Assembly: GCA_902566775.1 (NCBI GenBank)
Contig: CACFKF010000001.1
Coordinates: forward strand, 59,167 to 123,166
Length of the DNA: 64,000 nucleotides
DNA from: an uncultured Pelagibacteraceae bacterium
GTDB taxonomy: Bacteria > Pseudomonadota > Alphaproteobacteria > Pelagibacterales > Pelagibacteraceae
Direction of reading: 5' to 3'
Numbering within the stretch: position 1 is the first letter of the stretch; each line of letters starts with the position of its first letter. This document shows positions 30,091 through 39,955 of the stretch, piece after piece. The translations under genes and the position numbers were made by a program. Under the pieces are notes generated by a model, which ran no database searches, was not told the DNA's origin, and worked only from the letters and a program-made list of their open reading frames with translations.

Positions 30091-31119
30091 ATGAAATTTC
30101 TAAGAAACTTAATTCTTTCATTTGTATTGGCTGGAACAATGTCTCTAGCTACTACTAGCGCTAACGCTGCTTGTGGTAAAGTACATTTGGGAGATTTCGA
30201 CTGGGATAGTGCTAACATTCATACTGCTATCGCTGGTTATATTCTTGAAAAAGGATACGGCTGCGAAGTGGAATCAACAAAAGGAAGTACTACTCCAATA
30301 ATGGCTGCTCTTTTTGATCAACAAATAGATATTGTTACTGAAGTTTGGAGAGACAACCTTGTTCAGTTGATTGAGGAAAACCTAGCTAAAGGAACTATAA
30401 TTGAGCTCGGTGTTAATACTCCTTCGTCTACTCAAGGATTCTATGTAGATAAACCAACTGCCGATAAGTATGGTTTGAAATCTGTTGATGACATGAAGAG
30501 TGCTGAGATTGCAAAATTATTTGCAGATCCAGAAGCTCCTGGAAAAGGTAGAATGACAAGCTGTATTTCAGGTTGGACTTGTTACACTATTAACTTAGTG
30601 AAACACAAAGTTTATGGTCTAGATGAATTCTATACTAACTTTGATCCAGGTTCAGGTGGAGCATTAGATGCGGCGATCGCTGGTGGATTTAAAAAAGGAA
30701 AACCAGTATTTTCGTACTATTGGACACCGACAGGTTTAATGGGCAAAGTAGACTTGGTTAAATTGGAAGAACCAAAATATGATCAAGCTTGCTGGGATGA
30801 AATGACTAAAGTAGTTGAAGATATTAAAGCAAATGGTCCAGATGTATACAAACCTACGTGTGCTTGTGAATACGTTAATATGTCTTTAACAAAAGCTGCT
30901 TCAACTAAATTTGCTAGCAATAAAAAGAATAAGCCTGTTCTAGATTTTATTAGAGCTTATTCGATACCAACTGCTGCGGTTAATAAAGCGCTTGCATTCT
31001 ATATGGATGAATCAGGTGGAGATATGGAAGCGACAGCTAAATACTTCCTATCAAACAACGCTATGTGGATGAAGTGGGTACCAGCTGACGTTGCAGAAAA
31101 AGTTAAAGCTACGCTTTAA
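30091..31119 (+). CDS. Glycine betaine/proline-type ABC substrate-binding protein (ProX/HisX-like), paralog 2
   Basis: Signal peptide; DWDSA, GYGCEV, CISGWTC and YYWTPT; GGAGG RBS. Confidence 0.85.
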   Translation: MKFLRNLILSFVLAGTMSLATTSANAACGKVHLGDFDWDSANIHTAIAGYILEKGYGCEVESTKGSTTPIMAALFDQQIDIVTEVWRDNLVQLIEENLAKGTIIELGVNTPSSTQGFYVDKPTADKYGLKSVDDMKSAEIAKLFADPEAPGKGRMTSCISGWTCYTINLVKHKVYGLDEFYTNFDPGSGGALDAAIAGGFKKGKPVFSYYWTPTGLMGKVDLVKLEEPKYDQACWDEMTKVVEDIKANGPDVYKPTCACEYVNMSLTKAASTKFASNKKNKPVLDFIRAYSIPTAAVNKALAFYMDESGGDMEATAKYFLSNNAMWMKWVPADVAEKVKATL

Positions 31120-31136
31120 TTTTATTAATAAATTAT

Positions 31137-31170
31137 AACTAAGAGCCCATTTCTGGGCTCTTAGTTTTTT
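31137..31170 (+). terminator. Terminator-like hairpin after the binding-protein gene
   Basis: 13-bp stem AACTAAGAGCCCA-TTTC-TGGGCTCTTAGTT plus a T-tract. Confidence 0.8.
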
Positions 31171-31180
31171 AAGGAAAATA

Positions 31181-32206
31181 ATGGAAAAATATAAAAAATT
31201 TTTAAAACCTTTAATTTACTCAGTAGTTTTTATATTTTTTATTATAATCAGCTATCGTTCAGCCAAACCCAGATATAAGCCTGAAAATTTTACAGATATA
31301 TTTAATGACTTTTCGTGGTTAGGAAATTGGCCTAAGTGGCTTGATTTTCCTTTAATGCAACCTCTTAACGCAGGTTTTGATTGGTTAATTATAAAATATG
31401 GATTGTTTTTTGAAGGAATAAATAATTTTTTGTTAGGAATGTACACTGCAATGAAAGATTCTTTGGTTGGTTTGCCTTGGCCAATTGTTATAGCAATAGT
31501 TATTTTAATTACTTATTTTGCGAGCGGAAGAAGAACTAATACAACTGTAATGGTTGCTTTCTGTACTTTTTTTCTAGGTTTTTTAAGTCCAAGATATTGG
31601 GATAAATGTATTATGACAACTTGCATAGTAATTATTGGTATGTTGCTTTGTATTGTTGTGGGCATCCCAATTGGTATTGCAATGGCTAGAAACAAAAAGG
31701 TAAGAAATGCATTATTGCCTATACTTGATTTGATGCAAACAATTCCTAGTTTTTGTTATTTAATCCCAGGCATTTTATTATTTGGTTTAGGTGCTGTACC
31801 AGCTATTATTGCAATTTTTGTTTATGCTGTACCTCCGCTTATTAGATTAACTGATCTTGGTATAAGATTAGTAGACAAAGAAGTAGTTGAAGCTGCTGAA
31901 GCTTTTGGCGCAAGCAGAAAACAAAAACTTTGGGGAGTTCAAATTCCTTTAGCTTTGCCAAATATAATGCAAGGAATAAACCAATGTACTATGATGTCAT
32001 TGGCGATGGTCGTTATTGCTTCGATGATTGGAACAAGAGGTATAGGAGACGAAGTTTTGCTTGGCTTACAACAACTAAATGTAGGTATGGCAACTGAAGC
32101 TGGTATTGCAATTGTTTTATTGGCAATTATATTCGATAGAATTACTCAATCTTATGGTGAAAAAATTCAAGAAAGAACACAACAAAAGAAAGATATTAAG
32201 CTTTAA
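31181..32206 (+). CDS. proW: ProW-type ABC permease, paralog 2
   Basis: PILDLMQTIPSFCYLIP, EAAEAFGAS and MVVIASMIG. Confidence 0.85.
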   Translation: MEKYKKFLKPLIYSVVFIFFIIISYRSAKPRYKPENFTDIFNDFSWLGNWPKWLDFPLMQPLNAGFDWLIIKYGLFFEGINNFLLGMYTAMKDSLVGLPWPIVIAIVILITYFASGRRTNTTVMVAFCTFFLGFLSPRYWDKCIMTTCIVIIGMLLCIVVGIPIGIAMARNKKVRNALLPILDLMQTIPSFCYLIPGILLFGLGAVPAIIAIFVYAVPPLIRLTDLGIRLVDKEVVEAAEAFGASRKQKLWGVQIPLALPNIMQGINQCTMMSLAMVVIASMIGTRGIGDEVLLGLQQLNVGMATEAGIAIVLLAIIFDRITQSYGEKIQERTQQKKDIKL

Positions 32207-32209
32207 ATT

Positions 32210-33265
32210 ATGAGCAAAATTGAAATAAAAAATGTTTACAAAATTTTTGGTGACCAACCTTCAAAAGTTCTACCAATGGTCCAGGATGGTGCAACAAAAG
32301 AAGAAATTTTAGAAAAAACAGGACATACAGTTGGTCTTGATAATGTTTCTATATCAATAGAAGAAGGAGAAACTTTCGTTTGTATGGGATTATCTGGTTC
32401 AGGAAAATCTACTCTTATTCGTCACATAAATAGATTAATTGACCCAACTTCTGGAGTAGTTTCTGTGGAAGGTACTAATGTTATGGATTTAGATCAAAAA
32501 AAACTAATTGAGTTTAGAAGACACAAAATGAGTATGGTGTTTCAAAGATTTGGTTTATTTCCTCACAAAACGGTTTTGGAAAACGTTGGTTATGGCCTTG
32601 AAGTTCAAGGACAAAAACCTGAAGAAAGAAACAAAACAGCAATGGAAAAAATTGAAGCTGTTGGTTTAACTGGTTTTGAACATCAATATCCAAATCAATT
32701 ATCAGGAGGAATGCAACAGCGAGTAGGTCTAGCAAGGGCTCTTGCTACAAATACTGATATAATGTTGATGGACGAAGCATTTTCTGCCCTAGATCCTTTA
32801 ATTCGAAGCGACATGCAAAAACAATTAATAGACTTACAAAGTGAATTAAAAAAAACAATAGTATTCATAACTCATGATTTGGATGAATCGTTAAGATTGG
32901 GAGATCACATAGGAATACTAAACGGCGGAAGACTAGTACAAGTGGGAACACCAATAGATATTATTATGAATCCGGCTGATGATTATGTTGAAGCATTTGT
33001 AAAAGATGTAAACCGTGCAAAAGTAATTAAAGCAAAGATTATTATGACTCCTGCTAATTCTTCTAATGGAGTTGACAAAACAAATTTGGTTAAAGTGGGA
33101 GAAGATCAGTTTTTAGATGAATTTTTACCTAAGGTTGTTTGTTCAAATGCAAATTGTGAAGTTGTTGATAAGGAAGGAAATGTTAAAGGTTACATTACAC
33201 AAAAAGAACTTTCAAAAGCATTAACAAAAGAACATATGGAAGATGGCGCTAAGTCTTCAAAATAA
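32210..33265 (+). CDS. proV: ProV-type ABC ATP-binding protein
   Basis: GLSGSGKST, LSGGMQQRVGLARA and DEAFSALDPLIR. Confidence 0.9.
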   Translation: MSKIEIKNVYKIFGDQPSKVLPMVQDGATKEEILEKTGHTVGLDNVSISIEEGETFVCMGLSGSGKSTLIRHINRLIDPTSGVVSVEGTNVMDLDQKKLIEFRRHKMSMVFQRFGLFPHKTVLENVGYGLEVQGQKPEERNKTAMEKIEAVGLTGFEHQYPNQLSGGMQQRVGLARALATNTDIMLMDEAFSALDPLIRSDMQKQLIDLQSELKKTIVFITHDLDESLRLGDHIGILNGGRLVQVGTPIDIIMNPADDYVEAFVKDVNRAKVIKAKIIMTPANSSNGVDKTNLVKVGEDQFLDEFLPKVVCSNANCEVVDKEGNVKGYITQKELSKALTKEHMEDGAKSSK

Positions 33266-34028
33266 AAAAATCATTATTTCAGCTGGAGCTTCGGGAATTG
33301 GTTGGGCAACAACTAAAGTTTGCCTTTCTAAAGGAGCGATAGTTTATCTTTGTGATATAAATGACAAATCTTTAAATAAAATTAAAAAAAATCCATTATA
33401 TAATAAAAAATTATTTGCTTATGAGTGTGATGCTTCTGATGAAGATGAGGTTTCAAATTTTTTTAATCAAATCAATAAAAAAACAAAAAAAATAGATGCT
33501 TTAATTAACAATGTAGGTATTGCAGGCCCTACAGGGACTATTGAAAAATTAAACTCTGATGATTGGGAAAAAACTCTTAAAACTAACGTTATTAGTCATT
33601 TTTATTTTACAAAACTTGCAATACCAATGCTTAAAAAAAATAAAGGTGGGTCTATAATAAACATTTCTTCAGGTGCAGGAATTATGGGTTTTCCATTGCG
33701 TTCTCCTTATGCGGCTAGTAAATGGGCTGTTATAGGAGTAACAAAAACTTTAGCTATGGAATTAGGTAAGTTTAAAATTCGTGTTAACGCAATATGTCCG
33801 GGAACAATCAAGGGTGATAGAATGGTAAGAGTTATAAAAGATAAAGCAAAATTTTTAAAAGTTTCAAAAAAATTAATTGAAAAAGATTTTGTATCAATGG
33901 CTTCAATGAATTGCTGGATTTATGAAGAGGATATAGGAAAGATATGTTCTTTTTTAATTTCAAGTGATGGCGAAAGAGTATCAGGCCAAGCTATTCCTGT
34001 AGATGGGAATGCTACGAGAATGGATTAA
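33243..34028 (+). CDS. Short-chain dehydrogenase/reductase (SDR)
   Basis: SAGASGIG, NNVGIAGP, YAASK and RVNAICPG. Confidence 0.9.
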   Translation: MALSLQNKKIIISAGASGIGWATTKVCLSKGAIVYLCDINDKSLNKIKKNPLYNKKLFAYECDASDEDEVSNFFNQINKKTKKIDALINNVGIAGPTGTIEKLNSDDWEKTLKTNVISHFYFTKLAIPMLKKNKGGSIINISSGAGIMGFPLRSPYAASKWAVIGVTKTLAMELGKFKIRVNAICPGTIKGDRMVRVIKDKAKFLKVSKKLIEKDFVSMASMNCWIYEEDIGKICSFLISSDGERVSGQAIPVDGNATRMD

Positions 34029-34045
34029 TCAAAAAACTTTTTTAT

Positions 34046-35443
34046 ATGAGTTATGGTCTTTACATCGGAAAAAACCTAACATCTGATGGTCATGCTTGGT
34101 TGGCTGGATATGGAGACGAACCTTCAAGTCATTGGCTTGAAATTATTCCAAAAACAAAACACAAAAAAGGTAAAAAAATAATTGTTGGAGTTTCAGAAAA
34201 TTCTGACATGCCAGGAAAATTAATAAAGATTCCTCAAATATCAAAAACTAATAAGCATATTCGTGTAAGTTATTCTTATTATTTGGGCGTTCCTGCTCCA
34301 ATTACTAATGGTGGATTAAATGAATATGGTGTTGCTGTTAGAGATATCTGGTCACCATCACGTAGAGAATTAATTAACATGACTCCAAAAAATCAAAAAG
34401 GACTTAATTATAGCGATCTAGCAAGAATAGTTTTAGAGCGTGCCAAATCTGCTCGTGAAGGTGTTTCAATAGTAAGCAATTTAATAAAAAAATATGGTGA
34501 GAGCACTTATGGAGGAAACTCTCATATATTTGCTGACGCTAAAGAAGCTTGGGTAATGATCCAGTTTGCGGGAGGAAAAGGCTTATGGGCTGCAGAAAGA
34601 CTTGGTCCCAACTCTATACGTGCTTCACGACCTGGTTATATTGAAGAAATTCCAATTAATGAAAAAAACAACCAAAATTTTCTTTTCTCTAAAAATCTTA
34701 TTAAATTTTGCAAAAACAAAGGTTGGTACTCAAAGGGTCCGTTTAACATAAATAAAATCCTAGGTGATAAAAAAGGCAAATGGAAAGGCGTAAAGTGGAT
34801 AGAAAATAAAATGAAAAAAATATCAAAAAAACCAGAAAAAATTAAATTAAAAGATGTTATGTGGGCAATGAGAACTCCAAAATTAACAGGTGATACCGCA
34901 GGATACGGTCAAGTAGTTCCTTTAATTGATCCAGCTCATAATGATTTAAGAATGTTGTGGCATTCACCAATCGGGGCTGTAGCCTCAACTTTTTCACCAG
35001 TTTTCATAGGTCAAACCAAAGTTCCCGAGGAATTTATGATGCATAGATATCTTACAGTAGGAGAATCTCATAAATTTTCGGATTTAAGAAAAAAAGAAAA
35101 TAAAGATGCTGTCTCTTTAGTTAATCAAGGAGTTGAATCAACTTTATCAGCTGTATATGAATGTAAAAGATTATTTTACTTAATCTTACAAAATAAAAAA
35201 AATTACCCTCTTATAAATAAAGCTTTTGAAAATAGAGAAAAAAAATTAATTAAAAAAACGATAAAAATTATAAAAAATAAAAAAAGATTATCCAAAAGTT
35301 TATTAAATAATTTTAGCTCATTTGAATTAAAAAATGGATTAAAATTAGTTCAAAATCTATCAATAAAAATAGAAAATCATATTAGAAATAGCCAAGGATT
35401 TTCAAAAAAAATTAAACCAAAATCATTTAATCAGATTTGGTAA
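34046..35443 (+). CDS. Peptidase family C69 (dipeptidase/secernin-like Ntn hydrolase)
   Basis: N-terminal SYGLYIGKNLTSDG, GGLNEYGVAV, LERAKSAREGV and IKKYGE..GNSHIFADAKEAW. Confidence 0.75.
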   Translation: MSYGLYIGKNLTSDGHAWLAGYGDEPSSHWLEIIPKTKHKKGKKIIVGVSENSDMPGKLIKIPQISKTNKHIRVSYSYYLGVPAPITNGGLNEYGVAVRDIWSPSRRELINMTPKNQKGLNYSDLARIVLERAKSAREGVSIVSNLIKKYGESTYGGNSHIFADAKEAWVMIQFAGGKGLWAAERLGPNSIRASRPGYIEEIPINEKNNQNFLFSKNLIKFCKNKGWYSKGPFNINKILGDKKGKWKGVKWIENKMKKISKKPEKIKLKDVMWAMRTPKLTGDTAGYGQVVPLIDPAHNDLRMLWHSPIGAVASTFSPVFIGQTKVPEEFMMHRYLTVGESHKFSDLRKKENKDAVSLVNQGVESTLSAVYECKRLFYLILQNKKNYPLINKAFENREKKLIKKTIKIIKNKKRLSKSLLNNFSSFELKNGLKLVQNLSIKIENHIRNSQGFSKKIKPKSFNQIW

Positions 35444-35458
35444 ACTTTATATAAATTA

Positions 35459-36469
35459 TTAATTTAATAATTCTCTTATATTTTTGTCTAATTCTCTTTC
35501 AAAATTTTTATCATTCCCTGGATTTGCTGCACAATGTCCATAAGGTGAATCTACCGGTCTCAAAAAAGAACGAGCTATAAACTTATTTTCATATCTATTA
35601 TCCTCGGTTCTAAAATATAAATCCTGATTACAAGGCATTAATATAGTTTTTGCTCTTATTGATTTTAGTGCTTTAATATAATTATTTTTATATATAGGAC
35701 CTTTGCTTATATCGTTTAGTTGCCAAGTTTTAAGTTTTGATAAAAGATTATTAGCATCCCAATTTTTTGCATGATCGTTTGCCCAATCTTTAAGTAATTC
35801 TTCTGCATTTTTGAAACCAAACTTTTTATAAAGTTTTTCTCGATAAAAATCTTGAGAATAAGCCCAACCGGCATAAACTCTTCCAAATGCTTTTAAACCA
35901 TCGATAGGTTGTTTTTTGTAATTTCCATTATTCCATTTTTTGTCGGCTAAAAGTGCTGCTTTAACACCTTCCAAGAAAACATGGTTATGAATAGATGTTT
36001 TAGATGATGCACAAAAAGGAAGTATTGCTTTTACCATTTTAGGATATTGAGCAGCCCATTGATAAGCTTGGCAGCCTGCCATTGACCAGCCGGTAACTAA
36101 AGCAATTTTATTAATTTTTAATTTTTTCGTAATAAGTTTATGCTGGCAATAAATATTGTCCCATAACGTTATGGTTGGAAATTTTGAACCAGATTGAGTT
36201 TTTACAGCCTTGCTTGGTGAAGAAGATAGACCATTTCCAAACATATTAATTGATACGACAAAATATTTATTTGGATTAATAGCTCTATTTTTTCCTATAA
36301 AACCTTCATTTCTAATATGGCTTCCAGTATAAAATGTAGGAAGAATAATTACATTTGAGTGGTCTTTATTTAATTTGCCATATGTTTTGTAAACTAAATG
36401 TGCTGATCTTAAAATTTTTCCCGATAAAAGTTTAATATTTCCTATGTTAAACTTTTCATATTTTTTCAT
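35459..36469 (-). CDS. Alpha/beta hydrolase, homoserine O-acetyltransferase (MetX)-like
   Basis: YKTYGKLN, NMFGNGLSSSPS, nucleophile elbow GWSMAG, DLYF and YGH. Confidence 0.8.
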   Translation of the reverse strand: MKKYEKFNIGNIKLLSGKILRSAHLVYKTYGKLNKDHSNVIILPTFYTGSHIRNEGFIGKNRAINPNKYFVVSINMFGNGLSSSPSKAVKTQSGSKFPTITLWDNIYCQHKLITKKLKINKIALVTGWSMAGCQAYQWAAQYPKMVKAILPFCASSKTSIHNHVFLEGVKAALLADKKWNNGNYKKQPIDGLKAFGRVYAGWAYSQDFYREKLYKKFGFKNAEELLKDWANDHAKNWDANNLLSKLKTWQLNDISKGPIYKNNYIKALKSIRAKTILMPCNQDLYFRTEDNRYENKFIARSFLRPVDSPYGHCAANPGNDKNFERELDKNIRELLN

Positions 36470-36472
36470 TAA

Positions 36473-37894
36473 CTAATAAAGTCTTAGGTATTCTTTTACT
36501 TCCCAATCAGTAACTGCTTGATGATAACGTTCCCACTCATCATTTTTATAAGATAAAAAAGATTTTTTCATTACTGTTCCCATAACTTCGTCTGACAATT
36601 TATTAATTTTTAAAGCTTCTATTGCTTGCATTAAATTTTTTGGCAATCTTTTAATTCCTAATTTTTTAAATTCTGCATCTGTCATTTGATATAGATCTTG
36701 ATCGGTTGGTTTGCCTGGATCAATTTTATTTTTAATACCATCCATTGCAGAAGATACTGTCATTGCTAAAGCTAAGTAAACATTCATTGTCATATCTGCA
36801 GCTCTATTTTCAATGCAATATCTATTTTGTGGTAAACGAAATTGAGCAGATCTATTGTTGTGCCCATAAGTAATATTAGTTGGAGCCCAAGTTACAGTTC
36901 CACCTTCAAAACCTCCAACTCGTGGAACCAAACCATTATAAGAGTTAACGGTTGAACATGTAATTGCTGTTAGTGCTTCAGAGTTTTTCATAAGTCCGCC
37001 AACCGCATATTTGGAATGTTTTGACCAGCCTTTTCCATCAGTAAAAATATTTTTTCCAGGTTTGTTAATATCTTCCATAGAAAAATTTATATGGGCTCCA
37101 GATCTCCAATCCCCTATCGTTGGTTTTGGCATAAATGTAATAAACATGTTATTTTTTTTTGCAGTTTCTTTTAAAAGAACTCTTAAAAAAACTAACCTGT
37201 CTGCCATTTCAAGTAAATTTGTGTAATGAAAATCCAATTCAAATTGTGAATATGCTCCTTCGGCAACTACATCATGCAAATTCCATCCTAGCTCTTCAAG
37301 GATATCAATTAATTCTTTTAAAAAGTGCATAGAGTCTAATGAGTATTCAACATCATATCCAAATGCTTGTCTTCTGGGTCTTATTCCTTTAATTGGATCG
37401 CTATCTATAGCTTTAACTGGTTTGCCATCTTCTCCATATTTCATTGCAATAAATTCAGGTTCAATACCACACATTCCTTTGTAACCTGCGTCTTGAGCTT
37501 TTTGCATAGCACGTTTTAAAGCTTGCCTTGGACAGACGTTGTATGGTTTATCTTCCCAATAAAGGTCTGCAAAAATTATAGCCATTGATTTGTCCCAAGG
37601 GCAAATGTAAACACTATCTAAATCAGGCAACATTATTTGGTCAGAGTCTGCGGGGGTCAATTCTGGAACAAAAGAAATCGAATGAACTGCAAACTGAGGT
37701 CCTCTGCCCAAACACAAAGGTTCAAAATCACTCATTGGTACAGGTTTTGTCTTTGGAATGCCGTGTAAATCTATCCAGCTTGACATTACATACTGCACCC
37801 CAGCAGCTTTGAGTTTTTTATGAACTGCAGGGATTTTTTTCCTGTTTCTTTCGATGGCGTCTTTAAAATTTTCGTAATAAATTTTATTTTTCAT
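36473..37894 (-). CDS. Glutamine synthetase-like protein (GlnT / gamma-glutamylmethylamide synthetase-related)
   Basis: GIEPEF, QFELDF, TFMPKP, SGAHINFS, TWAPTNITYGHNNRS and IENR; start set at ATG 37894. Confidence 0.85.
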   Translation of the reverse strand: MKNKIYYENFKDAIERNRKKIPAVHKKLKAAGVQYVMSSWIDLHGIPKTKPVPMSDFEPLCLGRGPQFAVHSISFVPELTPADSDQIMLPDLDSVYICPWDKSMAIIFADLYWEDKPYNVCPRQALKRAMQKAQDAGYKGMCGIEPEFIAMKYGEDGKPVKAIDSDPIKGIRPRRQAFGYDVEYSLDSMHFLKELIDILEELGWNLHDVVAEGAYSQFELDFHYTNLLEMADRLVFLRVLLKETAKKNNMFITFMPKPTIGDWRSGAHINFSMEDINKPGKNIFTDGKGWSKHSKYAVGGLMKNSEALTAITCSTVNSYNGLVPRVGGFEGGTVTWAPTNITYGHNNRSAQFRLPQNRYCIENRAADMTMNVYLALAMTVSSAMDGIKNKIDPGKPTDQDLYQMTDAEFKKLGIKRLPKNLMQAIEALKINKLSDEVMGTVMKKSFLSYKNDEWERYHQAVTDWEVKEYLRLY

Positions 37895-37902
37895 CAGATA
37901 AA

Positions 37903-38298
37903 TTATTTTGGCATATCTTCTGGATCGATACCAGGAACAAATGTTATTCCAGCTTTTTGTTTCCAATCATGAGGATAAGCTGCATAAAATATCACACATT
38001 TTTCATCACATTCGTAGGCTATATGGTTATCTTTTGGGATATAAAGCACATCTCCAGGGTTACAAATATAAGATTTACCATCACAAGTTAGTCTAAACGT
38101 TCCTTCCATACAGTATATAATTTCATCACATGTTAAATCCCAAGGTACAGAAACCTTATTTAAAAAATTTAATCCTCCACACATAGTGTTACTTACTTTG
38201 CTTGTTACAAATGGTTTTATGTAAGATTTTCCTGGCTCTAATGTATGAAGTCTATTTTCAATATCTTTAAATTTATAAAGTTGTGGTTCTTTCGACAT
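37903..38298 (-). CDS. Cupin, EutQ-like
   Basis: WDLTCDEIIYCMEG, PGDVLYIPK and FYAAYPHDW. Confidence 0.75.
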   Translation of the reverse strand: MSKEPQLYKFKDIENRLHTLEPGKSYIKPFVTSKVSNTMCGGLNFLNKVSVPWDLTCDEIIYCMEGTFRLTCDGKSYICNPGDVLYIPKDNHIAYECDEKCVIFYAAYPHDWKQKAGITFVPGIDPEDMPK

Positions 38299-38315
38299 TA
38301 ATATTCCTTTCAGTT

Positions 38316-38732
38316 TTATATTTTTATTGGTTCGTTTAATTCAACTTTGTATCCATCAGGATCTTCACAAAAAGCAATTACTCTTGTTCCATGTTTCATT
38401 GGACCTGGTTTACGCGTAATGTTAACTCCTAATTTTGCAAGATCTTCGCAAGCCTTGTAAACATCTGGAGTTTCTATACAAATATGTCCCCATCCATTAC
38501 CTTTATCATAATCTTCTTTTTGATCCCAATTATGAGTTAATTCAAGACACGGCGATTCATTTTCAAGTCCATACCCAATAAATGCATTAGTAAATTTTCC
38601 TTCAGGATAATCAGTTTTTCTTAAAACTTTCATTCCTAAAGTTTTGCAATAAAAATTAAATGAAGTTTCCAAGTCTTTTACTCTAATCATTGTATGAGCA
38701 AGTCTGTAGCCATCGTTTATATTTTTAGACAT
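38316..38732 (-). CDS. gloA: Lactoylglutathione lyase (glyoxalase I)
   Basis: HTMIRVKDL, LELTHNW, GNGWGHI and PGPMKHGTRVIAFCEDPDGYKVEL. Confidence 0.92.
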   Translation of the reverse strand: MSKNINDGYRLAHTMIRVKDLETSFNFYCKTLGMKVLRKTDYPEGKFTNAFIGYGLENESPCLELTHNWDQKEDYDKGNGWGHICIETPDVYKACEDLAKLGVNITRKPGPMKHGTRVIAFCEDPDGYKVELNEPIKI

Positions 38733-39861
38733 TCGTTTTTCCTTTCGTTAATTTTGAAGATTTAGTAGTTGCTTGCATAATTAGCTTTTGAAATACTCTA
38801 ACTCCATCTTCCCAATAAGGAGATAATAAACCGCCTTCATTAGATGCCGGCGAAGATCTTCCTTCTTGTAGTCTTTCACAAATTTCATGATCTTCCTTAT
38901 GAACACTCCACCATATCTTTTTAGTAATATCAATCTCTTCCTTAGACATTTCTTTTCCATCAACTGTATATATTGTTCTTTTTTGAATAGTTGTATTTGG
39001 ATTGATTGGAATGTTTAAATATACCCCAACTTGATTTGGGTAATAAGTTCCAATAATGAAATTAGGAAAAAGTGATAAATACCTTGAAGAAACTGATAAA
39101 GCATCACTATTTTTACTATCTTCTTTTTTAACATCTACACCACTACCATAACATATGCCATCTACCAAAGTGTAATGATCTTTCAAAGGTTGGTTTGTTG
39201 TTGTTTTATGAACAAACTGCACATGATAAGGTTCAATAAAATTTTCAATTAGGAATTTCCAATTGGTATTAATTTTTCCAAAATCTAAGGTTGCGGTATA
39301 TTTTAATTTATTAAAATCTATATCTTTAAATTTTGAAAATAATGGTTTTGCATATTCTTGAAATTTTTTTGCTTTTCCATTTAAATTAATAAAAATCCAG
39401 TCATGCCAAATATGAATTCTTATTGGTTTAAGACCGTGCTTTTTAAAATTAAATCCTTTAGGTTTATGGTTATTTGTTCCTCCGATATGTGGAGCGGCTT
39501 TCAAGTTTCCTTGAAGATCATATGACCATGAGTGGTATGGGCAACGGATAATTTTACCAACATTTTTTTTCTCATTTACTAATTTTAAACATCTATGACT
39601 ACAAACGTTGTGAAAAGCTATAATTTCACTATCTTCATTTTTAATAATTAAGATTGGTTTTCCAGCAATAAAAATTGGTTGTGCATCACCTATTTTTTTA
39701 AATTCATTAACAAAACCTACAAACAACCATCCATTAGATAAAACTGTTTCACACTCCTTTTCCCAAAACTCATTATCAGTATAAGATTTTGCGGGAAGAC
39801 CAAATATTGTGTTCTTGTTTTTAGGAGATTTAATTATAATTTTTTTTTTGTTTAGTGGCAT
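38725..39861 (-). CDS. Rieske oxygenase alpha subunit, choline monooxygenase / quaternary-amine oxygenase-like
   Basis: Rieske CSHR...CPYHSW and mononuclear iron site ENFIEPYHVQFVH...ED. Confidence 0.85.
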   Translation of the reverse strand: MPLNKKKIIIKSPKNKNTIFGLPAKSYTDNEFWEKECETVLSNGWLFVGFVNEFKKIGDAQPIFIAGKPILIIKNEDSEIIAFHNVCSHRCLKLVNEKKNVGKIIRCPYHSWSYDLQGNLKAAPHIGGTNNHKPKGFNFKKHGLKPIRIHIWHDWIFINLNGKAKKFQEYAKPLFSKFKDIDFNKLKYTATLDFGKINTNWKFLIENFIEPYHVQFVHKTTTNQPLKDHYTLVDGICYGSGVDVKKEDSKNSDALSVSSRYLSLFPNFIIGTYYPNQVGVYLNIPINPNTTIQKRTIYTVDGKEMSKEEIDITKKIWWSVHKEDHEICERLQEGRSSPASNEGGLLSPYWEDGVRVFQKLIMQATTKSSKLTKGKTNV

Positions 39862-39955
39862 ATTAAACCTTTGTTCTCGAATTTATTTGCGAATTACCAA
39901 GATTTCAATAAAATATATCTTCAATATATTGTGATTTTGCTAAGGAGTTAACTAA

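Noticed and set aside
35459-36469. Calling this gene metX
   Set aside because: The fold is MetX-like, but it lacks the HALTG motif (PTFYTG here) and sits in a catabolic operon.
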